Below, piece after piece: positions 8,922 to 16,477 of a DNA stretch of 20,408 nt. The stretch lies in the NCBI GenBank assembly GCA_040386535.1, contig JAZKFH010000052.1, forward strand, positions 49,747 to 70,154. Reading direction: 5' to 3'. Position numbers and translations under genes: made by a program. The number at the start of each line of letters is the position of its first letter. Within the stretch, counting starts at the first letter, position 1. The notes below the pieces were generated by a model. It was not told the origin of the DNA. It saw only the letters and a program-made list of their open reading frames with translations, and searched no databases. The stretch comes from Myxococcota bacterium. GTDB lineage: Bacteria > Myxococcota_A > UBA796 > SXON01.

Positions 8922-9239
8922 TTTGCGCTCGACACGAACGTGTTCGTTCGCCTCCTCGTGGATACGCCCGACGGCGACACGGACCAGGTGCGCCGCGCCC
9001 GTGAGGTGGTGGCGACAGCCGAGCTTCGTGGCGAGGACGTGCTCGTCACTCACGTTGTGCTGGTCGAGACGGTGTGGGTGCTGAGAAAGGTATACAAGGT
9101 GCCGAAGAGCGACGTCGTCGTCGCCTTTCGCGCCGGGCTCGCCAGCGCTGTCTTCGTCGTGGAGGACGTGCTCGGGGCCGGCGCCGTTTACACGTTCGAC
9201 AGCGAACTCCATCGAGACGACGGATTCGCAGAGCCGTAG
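8918..9239 (+). pseudogene. vapC: VapC/PIN toxin pseudogene
   Basis: gtg att [t] gcg ctc gac acg aac gtg reads VI-ALDTNV with one extra base. It continues ...VTHVVLVETVWVLRKVYK...FVVED then directly VLGAGAVYTFD, so the usual DFAD-containing segment appears deleted. Confidence 0.8.
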
Positions 9240-9242
9240 GAC

Positions 9243-9668
9243 ATGCGCGATGTCGTGATGGTCGCCGCGTTCGTGAAGGAGTGGCTGTCGTCGCCGACTT
9301 CAGCAATGCCCTGGCTCCCCCCGCAAGGGGAGTGGGTGCGTCCCCTCGCCCTCGAGCACCGGGCCGTTCCGCTCTATCTCGGGTGGACGGCGATCGTGTT
9401 TGCCCGCGAGAGCGGCGAAGTGTGGTTGTACGACAAAGACCGGAACACCGGTTGGTCGCTCGCCTCGGCGTTCGTTCGTCGTATGGCGCTCAAGCACGCG
9501 TCTGGCGCCTGCCCCGCGCTCGTGCCCGTGCTGCCCGTGCGCCCGGACGACGCCGTCCCCTGCGGCTCGTGCGCGGGCACGGGCGAGCTTCGTGCCCGCG
9601 TTCTGTGCGAATGCGGAGGGTACGGGTGGCTGATCCCCGGCGAGGAGAGAGGGATGGGGATCGGCTGA
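9243..9668 (+). CDS. Hypothetical protein with C-terminal zinc-ribbon (CxxCxGxG...CxCxGxG), 141 aa
   Basis: ...PVRPDDAVPCGSCAGTGELRARVLCECGGYGWL. The ATG is 3 nt after the preceding stop, with AGGA upstream. Confidence 0.65.
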   Translation: MRDVVMVAAFVKEWLSSPTSAMPWLPPQGEWVRPLALEHRAVPLYLGWTAIVFARESGEVWLYDKDRNTGWSLASAFVRRMALKHASGACPALVPVLPVRPDDAVPCGSCAGTGELRARVLCECGGYGWLIPGEERGMGIG

Positions 9669-9719
9669 CTCGGAACACGCACGCGTGGCCGTGCCCCACG
9701 TCGGCCGCGGGCCGGTCGA

Positions 9720-9867
9720 CCGTCCGGAGTCGATGGATGAACGTGCATCCCCCGACCTCGGACGCCATGTCCGTCCGAGGTCGGGGGATGAGCGCCTATC
9801 CCCTGACCTTGGATGCTATGTCCGTCCGGAGTCGGGGGATGCATCCGCATCCCCCGACTCCGGACGG
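9720..9867. repeat. 51-bp palindromic tandem array (about 2.9 units), REP/BIME-like
   Basis: Units start at 9720, 9771 and 9822. There is a perfect 19-bp inverted repeat at 9746-9764/9772-9790 and a perfect 21-bp stem at 9822-9842/9847-9867. Confidence 0.85.
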
Positions 9868-10014
9868 TGGGCCAGGTGTCGGGCGCGCGGGACGGCCCAT
9901 TCCGCACGCCCACGCACCCTGCGGCTACTCCCGGCGAGCATCGTCGCGAGAGCCAGACGCGCGGCGGCGGCGGCGCGGAGGCCACGTCGGCGCACCACGC
10001 GTTCGCACTCCTGG

Positions 10015-10057
10015 CGAAGACTCGGGAACTCGCGGATCCAGGAACGCCGAGTCTTCG
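10015..10057. repeat. Perfect 11-bp inverted repeat (hairpin)
   Basis: cgaagactcgg (10015-10025) pairs with ccgagtcttcg (10047-10057). Confidence 0.55.
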
Positions 10058-10068
10058 GGTTTGACATC

Positions 10069-10229
10069 CCGCAGATCCTGACCCCTCGAACGTGCGGGAT
10101 CAGGCCAACTACGCGAGATCACTACCGGATAGTTGAGGTTCCGCAGGACCTGACCCCTCGAACCTGCGGGATGAGGCCAACTACGCGAGATCACTACCGG
10201 ATAGTTGAGGTTCCGCAGGATCTGACCCC
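10069..10229. repeat. 72-bp tandem repeat (about 2.2 copies) with two internal hairpins per unit
   Basis: ccgcag..ctgacccc starts at 10069, 10141 and 10213; units are nearly identical. Internal inverted repeats are ccgcagg/cctgcgg and caacta/tagttg. Confidence 0.9.
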
Positions 10230-10233
10230 GTCC

Positions 10234-10392
10234 GCTCCCGCGCCAAGGGCGCGGAGGGCAGCCGCCTCGGGCGGCTGGTCCGGCCGGGCGGGGGCGCGCC
10301 CGACCGGGGGACGATGCCGCTTCGCCCGGCCGACCGCGCGGCTCTGCCGCGTGCCCGGAGCCGACCTGCCCCGCGTCCGCGCGGGGGCGCCC
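10234..10392 (-). repeat. 159-bp dispersed element, inverted copy of 17261..17419
   Basis: The reverse complement of 10234-10287 matches 17366-17419 at 52/54. The reverse complement of about 10326-10392 matches 17261-17327 with about 4 mismatches. The overall length is the same and the middle is divergent. Confidence 0.85.
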
Positions 10393-10435
10393 AGGGCCCT
10401 GGAGGCCGGCCGGAGATCAGCGCGGAACTACCCCG

Positions 10436-11446
10436 CTAGTTCGCCGGGCAGGAGAGCTTCTTCACGTCGAACTCCATCGTGCGGCCGGTGTCCGGCACGT
10501 TGATGGTGCACTTGAGATCGACCTCGGCGTCGAGGTTGGTGAAGCGGACCTCGCGGGAGCCGGGCTTGACGCGGGCGGTCACCGGGGTGACGCCGACACG
10601 CTTGCCGTCGACGCTGACGGTGACGCCGTTCGACTTGGTGCTGCTGGCGCGGATCTTGAGCGCCACCATGCCGTCGTCCGCGGGCTCGGTGGTGGAGGTC
10701 GTGGTCGTGGTCGTCGTGGTGGCGGCGGGCGCCTTGGCCGAGAGGGTGCCCGACGACGACGTGCTGCCCGACGACGTGCTGCCCGACGACGTGCTGCCCG
10801 ACGAGGTCGTGGTGGTCGACGCGGTCGTGCCTGACGACGAGGTGCCGCTCTTGGTGCCGGTGCTCGACGCGGTCGTGCTCGACGACGGCGTGCTCGACGA
10901 GGACGACGTGCCGCTCTTGGTGCCGGTCGACCCCGACGACGACGTGCTGGTGCCGCTCTTGGCGCCGGACGTGGTCGTGGTGGTGGTGGTGCCGGTCTTC
11001 GACGGGGTGGTGGTCGTCGTGGTCGCCGCGGGGGCCGTGGTCGTCGACGCGGCGGGGGCCGTGGTCGTCGTGGTCGTGGTGGTCGCCCCGGCGGTGGCGC
11101 CCGTGGCAGCGGTGCCCGCGGCGGCGGCGGCGGCAGCTTCGGCCGCGGCAGTGGCGGCCTCCTCCGCGGCGAGCTCGGCCGCGGCCTGGAGCTCGGCCTG
11201 TTCGGAGGCCACGCGCATGGCCTCCTCGATGGCCGCGTCGATGTCGGTGTCGGTCTCGAGGTCCGCCTCGATCTCGTCCATCACGGAGGTGAACTGGCGG
11301 TCGAGGTACCAGTACCCGCCGCCCACCACGCCCACGCAGAGCAGGAGACCGCCGAAGAACAGCACGGCGAGCACGCCCAGGATCAGCCCAAGCTTGGACT
11401 TCTTCGGGGGGACGGGCGCGGGCGTGGTCTCTACACTGTCGGACAT
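10436..11446 (-). CDS. Membrane-anchored protein with a long Ser/Thr/Gly-rich linker and C-terminal PEGA-like domain, 336 aa
   Basis: AGGAGG RBS before ATG 11446. KKSK is followed by a TM helix, an acidic helix, about 130 aa of T/S/G/A low complexity, and VTVSVDGKRVGVTPVTARVKPGSREVRF (PEGA-like). Confidence 0.85.
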   Translation of the reverse strand: MSDSVETTPAPVPPKKSKLGLILGVLAVLFFGGLLLCVGVVGGGYWYLDRQFTSVMDEIEADLETDTDIDAAIEEAMRVASEQAELQAAAELAAEEAATAAAEAAAAAAAGTAATGATAGATTTTTTTTAPAASTTTAPAATTTTTTPSKTGTTTTTTTSGAKSGTSTSSSGSTGTKSGTSSSSSTPSSSTTASSTGTKSGTSSSGTTASTTTTSSGSTSSGSTSSGSTSSSGTLSAKAPAATTTTTTTTSTTEPADDGMVALKIRASSTKSNGVTVSVDGKRVGVTPVTARVKPGSREVRFTNLDAEVDLKCTINVPDTGRTMEFDVKKLSCPAN

Positions 11447-11568
11447 GTGCAGCCTCCTGATGAGCGGCACGTTCGGGCACGCGCCTGGGCCGGCGCACCC
11501 TACTTCGGGGCTTCGCTTCCCGCTACTCCCAGCAACGAGCCCTTACCAACCAGGGCCTCCGAACGATC

Positions 11569-12507
11569 CTACGAGGGGGCGTCGACCCAGAACAGATCGG
11601 CGATCCCGGTGAGCGCCTGCGCGAGCGCGGGGTAGCCGTCGCCATCCACCTCCAGCCGCGACGGATCGGTCACCACGACGCGCACCGGGCCGTGGACGCG
11701 GAGCGCGGCAAGCACGATCTCGTCGGGGGTCCAGCGGCCGTCGCCGATGCGGGCGCCCGCGCCAGGGCCGAGGAACAGATCCGTCCGCGCGTCGACCGCC
11801 ACGAAGGCGCCACGGCCCGCCGTCGTGGCGAAGGGGGGCACGCCTACGAGCGGGGCGAGACGCGGCGCCCGGCCCCGGCCCGCCCACACCACCGCGCCGA
11901 GCCCGCCCAGCGCCGCCGCGGCGAGCGCCCAGCCCATCCACATGCCCTCGGGCGTGCCGGCGCGGCCGGTGGCCTTGCGTGCGAGGGGCTCCTGGTTCGG
12001 GCCGCCGGGCGCCGTTCCGGGAGTAGATCTGCCGGCCTCACCGGGCCCGCCGCCGCCCTCGGGATGCCCGCCGGGCGCGCCGCTCATGCCGCCGCCGGGT
12101 GGGCCCCCCGCAGAGCCCGGCGCCATGCGGTCCTGCGGCACGAACATGACCTCGCGCGTCGAGGCGGCCGCGAAGCCGCCCTCCTCGAGGCCGATGAGCA
12201 GCACGGGATCGCTGTCGTCGTCGAACCGGAAGCCGCCCTGCCACGTGGCCGCGCCCGACCGCACCACCACCGTGCCGTGGTCGAGCGCGAGGCCCGCGGC
12301 GCGCGCGGTGTAGAGGCGATCGCCCGCGACGCCGTCGGGGGCCAGCCCGTCGTCCTTGCACACGAAGGTGACGCCGGGCTGGCCCGGCTCGGAGAGCTCT
12401 ACGGTCACCTCACCGGTCACGGCGCCCTTCATGTCGTGGACCTTCAGATCGACGTCACGCGCGAGGGCTGCAGGGACGAGCGCCGAGAGGAGGAGCAAGA
12501 GGATCAC
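11569..12507 (-). CDS. Exported/anchored hypothetical protein with a DDG..D..AGD..Y (choice-of-anchor X-like) motif, Gly/Pro linker and TM helix, 312 aa
   Basis: GTG 12507 overlaps the upstream TGA (GTGA) and has GGAGG upstream. Signal peptide VILLLLLSALVPAALA, motif CKDDGLAPDGVAGDRLYTA, TM WMGWALAAAALGGLGAVVW. Confidence 0.75.
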   Translation of the reverse strand: MILLLLLSALVPAALARDVDLKVHDMKGAVTGEVTVELSEPGQPGVTFVCKDDGLAPDGVAGDRLYTARAAGLALDHGTVVVRSGAATWQGGFRFDDDSDPVLLIGLEEGGFAAASTREVMFVPQDRMAPGSAGGPPGGGMSGAPGGHPEGGGGPGEAGRSTPGTAPGGPNQEPLARKATGRAGTPEGMWMGWALAAAALGGLGAVVWAGRGRAPRLAPLVGVPPFATTAGRGAFVAVDARTDLFLGPGAGARIGDGRWTPDEIVLAALRVHGPVRVVVTDPSRLEVDGDGYPALAQALTGIADLFWVDAPS

Positions 12508-14183
12508 GGAGCCTCCGGGACACGCCACGCCACGAGCCACTCGCCGCCGTCGTGCCCCTCGGCGGCGGGCGGGCCGAGCTCGGCGGAGAGGCCCGCCACC
12601 ACCGCGGCGCGCTCGAACGGCTGATACAAGTCCGCGTGCATCACGACGGAACCGACGCGCGCGCGGTGGAGCGCCGGCAGGACCGGCTGCCCGTCGAGCA
12701 CGGCGGCGTGGACCTCGTCGGAGGCGCGCAGCCGCGGGCCCTGGCGGATGTTGGTGTTCAGACAGGGGTCCATGATCGGGCGCCCGTGGAACAGCTGGTA
12801 ATAGCAGGAGAGGTTCTGGTTGTAGAACGCGAGGTCTTCCTGGAGGCTGCCGATGTGGGGGTACAGGTCGAGCAGCGGCGCCTCGGGCAACAACGCGTAG
12901 AGGGAGGGCGTGGGGGTGGGGTGCAGGCGCATCCGGAACACCGCGCCGGACAGCACCAGCGCGTCCACCACGGCGAACCCGACCGCCAACCAACGCCAGC
13001 GCATCCGGTCGACGACGGCGGCGGCGAGCACGCCCAGCACGAGCGCCGTGATCCACGCGAACCGCACCGGGAAGCGGTACACCTCGAACACGCCGAGCAG
13101 GTGGAACGGCCACAACAGCGTGGGGACGCCGCCCTCGCGCGCCACCCCCGCCTCGAGCACCGGCCCAACCGCGCACACCGCGGCGACCAGGCCGATCGGG
13201 AGCCAGGGGCGCCACGCCACGCGGGTGAACGGCGCGAGCAGCGCGAAGCAGAGCGGCAACAGGCCGATCACCGGGGCGAGCGAATGGCGGTTCAGGTCCA
13301 TCCAGCCGTTCCACGCCACGAGGGTCGTGAGCGTGGCCGAGCCGATGCGGAGGAGCGCCTCGAACGACGCCACGCCCGCGGTCTCGCCGGTCGCCACGGA
13401 TCCGCCGAGGAACAGGACGGCGTAGAGCGCCCCGACGACGCCGACCCCGCCGAGCAGGCGCAGGTCGAGCCGGCGCTGGTGCGCGAGGATGCCGAGCAGC
13501 AGCAGGAGCGCGTTCACGCCGAGGTACGCCGTGGTGAGCAGGGAGAGCGCGAACATGGCGACCGCGGGCCAGGGCCGACGGTTCCACGTGTAGAGCGCGC
13601 ACAGCGGGAGCCACGGATCGAGCAGGTAGTAGATGTGCCCCTCGAGGACGGCGACGGTCGCGAGCGGCGCGAACCCGAACGCCACCCCCGCCACGAGCGA
13701 GGCCGGACGGCCCACGCCGAGCCCCTCCCGCGCCAGCCGCTCCGCCGCCCACGCCGAGAGCACGGGCCCCACCAGCACGAACAGGTTGGTGACGAGCAGG
13801 CCGTTGAGCCCCGAGAGCACGAGCGAGACGAACAGGAACACGAACGAGTCGAGCCGCACGATGCGCCCGCCCTCGGGCCAGGCGGAGAGCTCGCTGACGC
13901 CGTCGAGGAAGGTGGGTGCGGCGTGGACGAGCCAGGCGGCGGTGAGCTGGTCGAAGTGGAGCGCCATCGTCGCGCTGCCGGGCGAGAGGACGAGGGGCCA
14001 CGTCCACACCACGGCGAGCAGACCGAAGAAGAGCGGCGGGAACAGCGGGTGCGCGAGCGCGCGGCCGAACGGGCTGAGGCGGAAGGGCGGCGGCACGGGC
14101 GGCGGCACGGCGCGCGCGTCGATTTGCGGGAGGGGAGGGGCCGGTTCCACGTGGGGGCGTAACCGTTTGGGTGGGGGCTTCAT
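12504..14183 (-). CDS. Polytopic membrane protein, possible GT-C/YfhO-like glycosyltransferase, 559 aa
   Basis: Many TM segments, with VVWTWPL, WPEG, YRFPVRF, LLDLYP and YYQLFHGRPIM motifs and a soluble C-terminal domain. Confidence 0.75.
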   Translation of the reverse strand: MKPPPKRLRPHVEPAPPLPQIDARAVPPPVPPPFRLSPFGRALAHPLFPPLFFGLLAVVWTWPLVLSPGSATMALHFDQLTAAWLVHAAPTFLDGVSELSAWPEGGRIVRLDSFVFLFVSLVLSGLNGLLVTNLFVLVGPVLSAWAAERLAREGLGVGRPASLVAGVAFGFAPLATVAVLEGHIYYLLDPWLPLCALYTWNRRPWPAVAMFALSLLTTAYLGVNALLLLLGILAHQRRLDLRLLGGVGVVGALYAVLFLGGSVATGETAGVASFEALLRIGSATLTTLVAWNGWMDLNRHSLAPVIGLLPLCFALLAPFTRVAWRPWLPIGLVAAVCAVGPVLEAGVAREGGVPTLLWPFHLLGVFEVYRFPVRFAWITALVLGVLAAAVVDRMRWRWLAVGFAVVDALVLSGAVFRMRLHPTPTPSLYALLPEAPLLDLYPHIGSLQEDLAFYNQNLSCYYQLFHGRPIMDPCLNTNIRQGPRLRASDEVHAAVLDGQPVLPALHRARVGSVVMHADLYQPFERAAVVAGLSAELGPPAAEGHDGGEWLVAWRVPEAP

Positions 14184-14310
14184 GGGGACGGGGGTCTCGC
14201 GGGGGTGCGTCCGCGCGAGACCACCGCGATCGACGGCTTCTCGGATGTTTCACGGGCGGTGTTCCACGTGGGGGTACGGGGCACGTGAGGGGAATCCCGG
14301 CGCGGCCACC

Positions 14311-14534
14311 GCGACCCGACAGAACGGGCGTCACTGCGGGTCGTGGGGCGAGATCTGTCGGGTCGATCCGGTCGCGCTCGGCACGTGCGACCGCCGAGAC
14401 CACCCGCCGAAACGGACGAACGCCGGGTTCTCCTGTGTCTGTCCGTCCCAAGTGGTGCCCCACGGGCCCGGGCAGGCCCCGCGACTCGACAGAACGGGCG
14501 TCCCTGCGGGTCGTGAGGCGAGATCTGTCGGGTC
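14311..14534. repeat. Two 54-bp direct repeats (14311-14364, 14481-14534), each a hairpin
   Basis: gcgac(c/t)cgacagaacgggcgtc(a/c)ctgcgggtcgtg(g/a)ggcgagatctgtcgggtc with 3 differences. The ends gacccgacaga/tctgtcgggtc are complementary. Confidence 0.85.
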
Positions 14535-14638
14535 TTCGAGCTCCCCGCGCCTCACCGCGATGGACGGCTCCGGAGTCGGCAGCTTCCCGGATGTTCCACG
14601 GGGCGACGTTCCACGCGCCCGAGCTCCCGCGCCGCCCC

Positions 14639-15412
14639 TCAACCCGCGGGCGTCCCCATCCGCCCCGCCAGCCAGGTCGCCGCGACCTCGAACCGGCCGA
14701 TGGGCTCGACGGGGCCCTCGAGATCGACCGTGCCGTCCGCGGCGACCTCCACGTGCAACACGCCGCCCTCCATCTCGACTCGCACCGGCGACACCACCCG
14801 CCCGAGCGCCACGCCCACGGCGGCCACGGCGCACGCGCTCGACCCGCTGGACAACGTGCGCCCGGCGCCGCGCTCCCACACGCGCGCCGTGATGGTCGAC
14901 GGGCCGGTGAACGTGACGAACTGTACGTTCGTGCGCCCGACGACCGTATGTTCCACGTGCGAGCCGACCGCCTCCCAGTCCGCGGGGATGCCGAGCACCA
15001 CGGCGTGGGGGTTGCCGAGGTTCACCGGGTGGGCGGTCACGCCGCCGAGGTCCCGCGCGGCGCTCACCGCGGCGTGGCCCATCGCCACCCTCACGCGCGC
15101 CCCATCGACCGCGCAGCGCACCGTGCCGCCGGGCGTCCACACCGTGAACGACGGCGGCGCCCCGCGCTCGCGCACCAGCCAGGCGGCGTAGATGCGCAAG
15201 CCGTTGCCGCTCTTCTCCGCCTCGCTGCCGTCGGGGTTGTGGATGCGCAGGCCGTAGTCAGCGCCGTCCTGGGGGGGCACGGGCTCGAGGATGCCGTCGC
15301 TGCCGACGCCCTCGTTGCGGTGGCACACGGCGCGGACGAGCGCCGGCGTCAGCGTGCCCTCCTCGAGGACGAGGTAGTCGTTTCCCAGGCCGTGGCTTCG
15401 ATAGAGGCGCAT
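14639..15412 (-). CDS. dapF: Diaminopimelate epimerase family protein with Ser at both catalytic Cys positions
   Basis: HGLGNDY, RNEGVGSDG, NPDGSEAEKSGNGLR, VNLGNPHAV, RTNVQF, VWERGAGRTLSSGSSACA, MEGG. AGGAG RBS. Confidence 0.9.
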   Translation of the reverse strand: MRLYRSHGLGNDYLVLEEGTLTPALVRAVCHRNEGVGSDGILEPVPPQDGADYGLRIHNPDGSEAEKSGNGLRIYAAWLVRERGAPPSFTVWTPGGTVRCAVDGARVRVAMGHAAVSAARDLGGVTAHPVNLGNPHAVVLGIPADWEAVGSHVEHTVVGRTNVQFVTFTGPSTITARVWERGAGRTLSSGSSACAVAAVGVALGRVVSPVRVEMEGGVLHVEVAADGTVDLEGPVEPIGRFEVAATWLAGRMGTPAG

Positions 15413-15464
15413 CGGCCGCTCCTATCCGGGAGCGGCGCGTCCGTGCGAGGGGACCCGGGCAAGG

Positions 15465-15473
15465 TGATAGGCT
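15465..15473 (+). promoter_or_regulatory. Extended -10 element (TG-A-TAGGCT) 6 nt before the nadK GTG; probable leaderless promoter
   Basis: tgataggct-gcctgc-GTG, with no Shine-Dalgarno directly upstream. Confidence 0.45.
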
Positions 15474-15479
15474 GCCTGC

Positions 15480-16238
15480 GTGATCCGCTTCGCCAACGAC
15501 ACGCCTCGCACCCGCGCCCTCGACACCGCCCTCACCGGGCTCACGGGCCCGGACGACCTCTGTCTGGTGCTCGGCGGCGACGGCACGATGTTGCGCGCGA
15601 TCCAGCGCCACGGCCCCGAGTTCGTCTACCTCGGGGTGAACTGCGGGCACCTAGGGTTCCTGATGAACGACGTGCCCGGCGTGCGGGACGCCGAGGCCGA
15701 GCAGGTCGCCGGCGCCGTGGAACGGATCGTGCGCGACGGCACGTGGAACGCCGTGGCGTTTCCCCGCCTGCGCATGATCGCCTCGCGCGATGGCGGTGAA
15801 TTCGAGGCGCTCGCCCTCAACGACGTCTACGTGGAACGTCAGGCCCAGACCTGCCACCTGCGCGTCACGGTCGACGGCGTGGAGGTCGTCCGGCACATGG
15901 TGGCCGACGGGATCGTCGCCGCCACGCCCCTCGGTTCCACGGCGTACTCCTTCTCCGCGGGCGGTCCGGCCGCGCACCCGATGGTGCACGCCATCCATCT
16001 CACGGCGATCTGCCCGCACATTCCGCGCCTCGCGCCGCTGGTTCTCCCGCCCACGGCCCGCATCCGCATCGAAGTGCTCGACGCGGACGAGCGCTCGGCC
16101 CGCGCGGTGGCGGACGGCGTGCCGTGCGAGGACGTGCGGCGCGTCGACATCTTCAGCAGCGGCGACACCGTGCGGCTCGGCTACCTCCACGGGCACGACT
16201 TCACCGCGACGATGATCCGGAAGATCCTGCATCCGTAG
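15480..16238 (+). CDS. nadK: NAD(+) kinase
   Basis: LGGDGTML, GVNCGHLGFL, ALNDV and ADGIVAATPLGSTAYSFSAGGP signature motifs. Confidence 0.95.
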   Translation: MIRFANDTPRTRALDTALTGLTGPDDLCLVLGGDGTMLRAIQRHGPEFVYLGVNCGHLGFLMNDVPGVRDAEAEQVAGAVERIVRDGTWNAVAFPRLRMIASRDGGEFEALALNDVYVERQAQTCHLRVTVDGVEVVRHMVADGIVAATPLGSTAYSFSAGGPAAHPMVHAIHLTAICPHIPRLAPLVLPPTARIRIEVLDADERSARAVADGVPCEDVRRVDIFSSGDTVRLGYLHGHDFTATMIRKILHP

Positions 16239-16266
16239 CGGGGATCTTCGGATGCGGCGGGAATGG

Positions 16267-16282
16267 TGTTTCACGTGGAACA
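16267..16282. promoter_or_regulatory. parS: parS centromere site
   Basis: TGTTTCACGTGGAACA matches the conserved chromosomal parS palindrome. Confidence 0.92.
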
Positions 16283-16316
16283 CGGGTTGAAGGCGGCCGC
16301 GGGAGGCCGCGGTGGG

Positions 16317-16332
16317 TGTTCCACGTGGAACA
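16317..16332. promoter_or_regulatory. parS: parS centromere site
   Basis: Perfect palindrome TGTTCCACGTGGAACA. Confidence 0.95.
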
Positions 16333-16379
16333 TCGGATGCGCGCCACGAGGCGGGGACGGGCCCCATCGCGGCGCGGGG

Positions 16380-16395
16380 TGTTCCACGTGGAACA
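16380..16395. promoter_or_regulatory. parS: parS centromere site
   Basis: Perfect palindrome TGTTCCACGTGGAACA. Confidence 0.95.
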
Positions 16396-16424
16396 TGCGT
16401 GCCCGGCCGTGATCGACCTTCGGG

Positions 16425-16465
16425 TTGACAGGCCTTGTATACGGTGTGTATATAGTTTGTATACA
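16425..16465 (+). promoter_or_regulatory. Sigma70-like promoter with overlapping operator (TGTATA repeats and palindrome)
   Basis: TTGACA at 16425-16430, TATATA/TATAGT at 16449-16456, and TGTATA at 16436, 16447 and 16458. An AT-rich island in very GC-rich DNA. Confidence 0.65.
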
Positions 16466-16477
16466 TCGGCCATCCGC

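Noticed and set aside
10069..10229. CRISPR array or repeat-protein gene (ORF 9685..10503)
   Set aside because: The would-be spacers are identical, and the surrounding ORF is Arg/Pro-rich junk crossing several repeats with no RBS.
11569..14463. 964-aa ORF as one protein
   Set aside because: The first about 650 aa are an Arg-rich alternate frame of the 559-aa membrane gene. The real gene begins at GTG 12507 with a signal peptide.
16425..16465. oriC or DNA-unwinding element
   Set aside because: The AT-rich stretch is short and I found no cluster of DnaA boxes (TTATCCACA). It fits a promoter/operator better.
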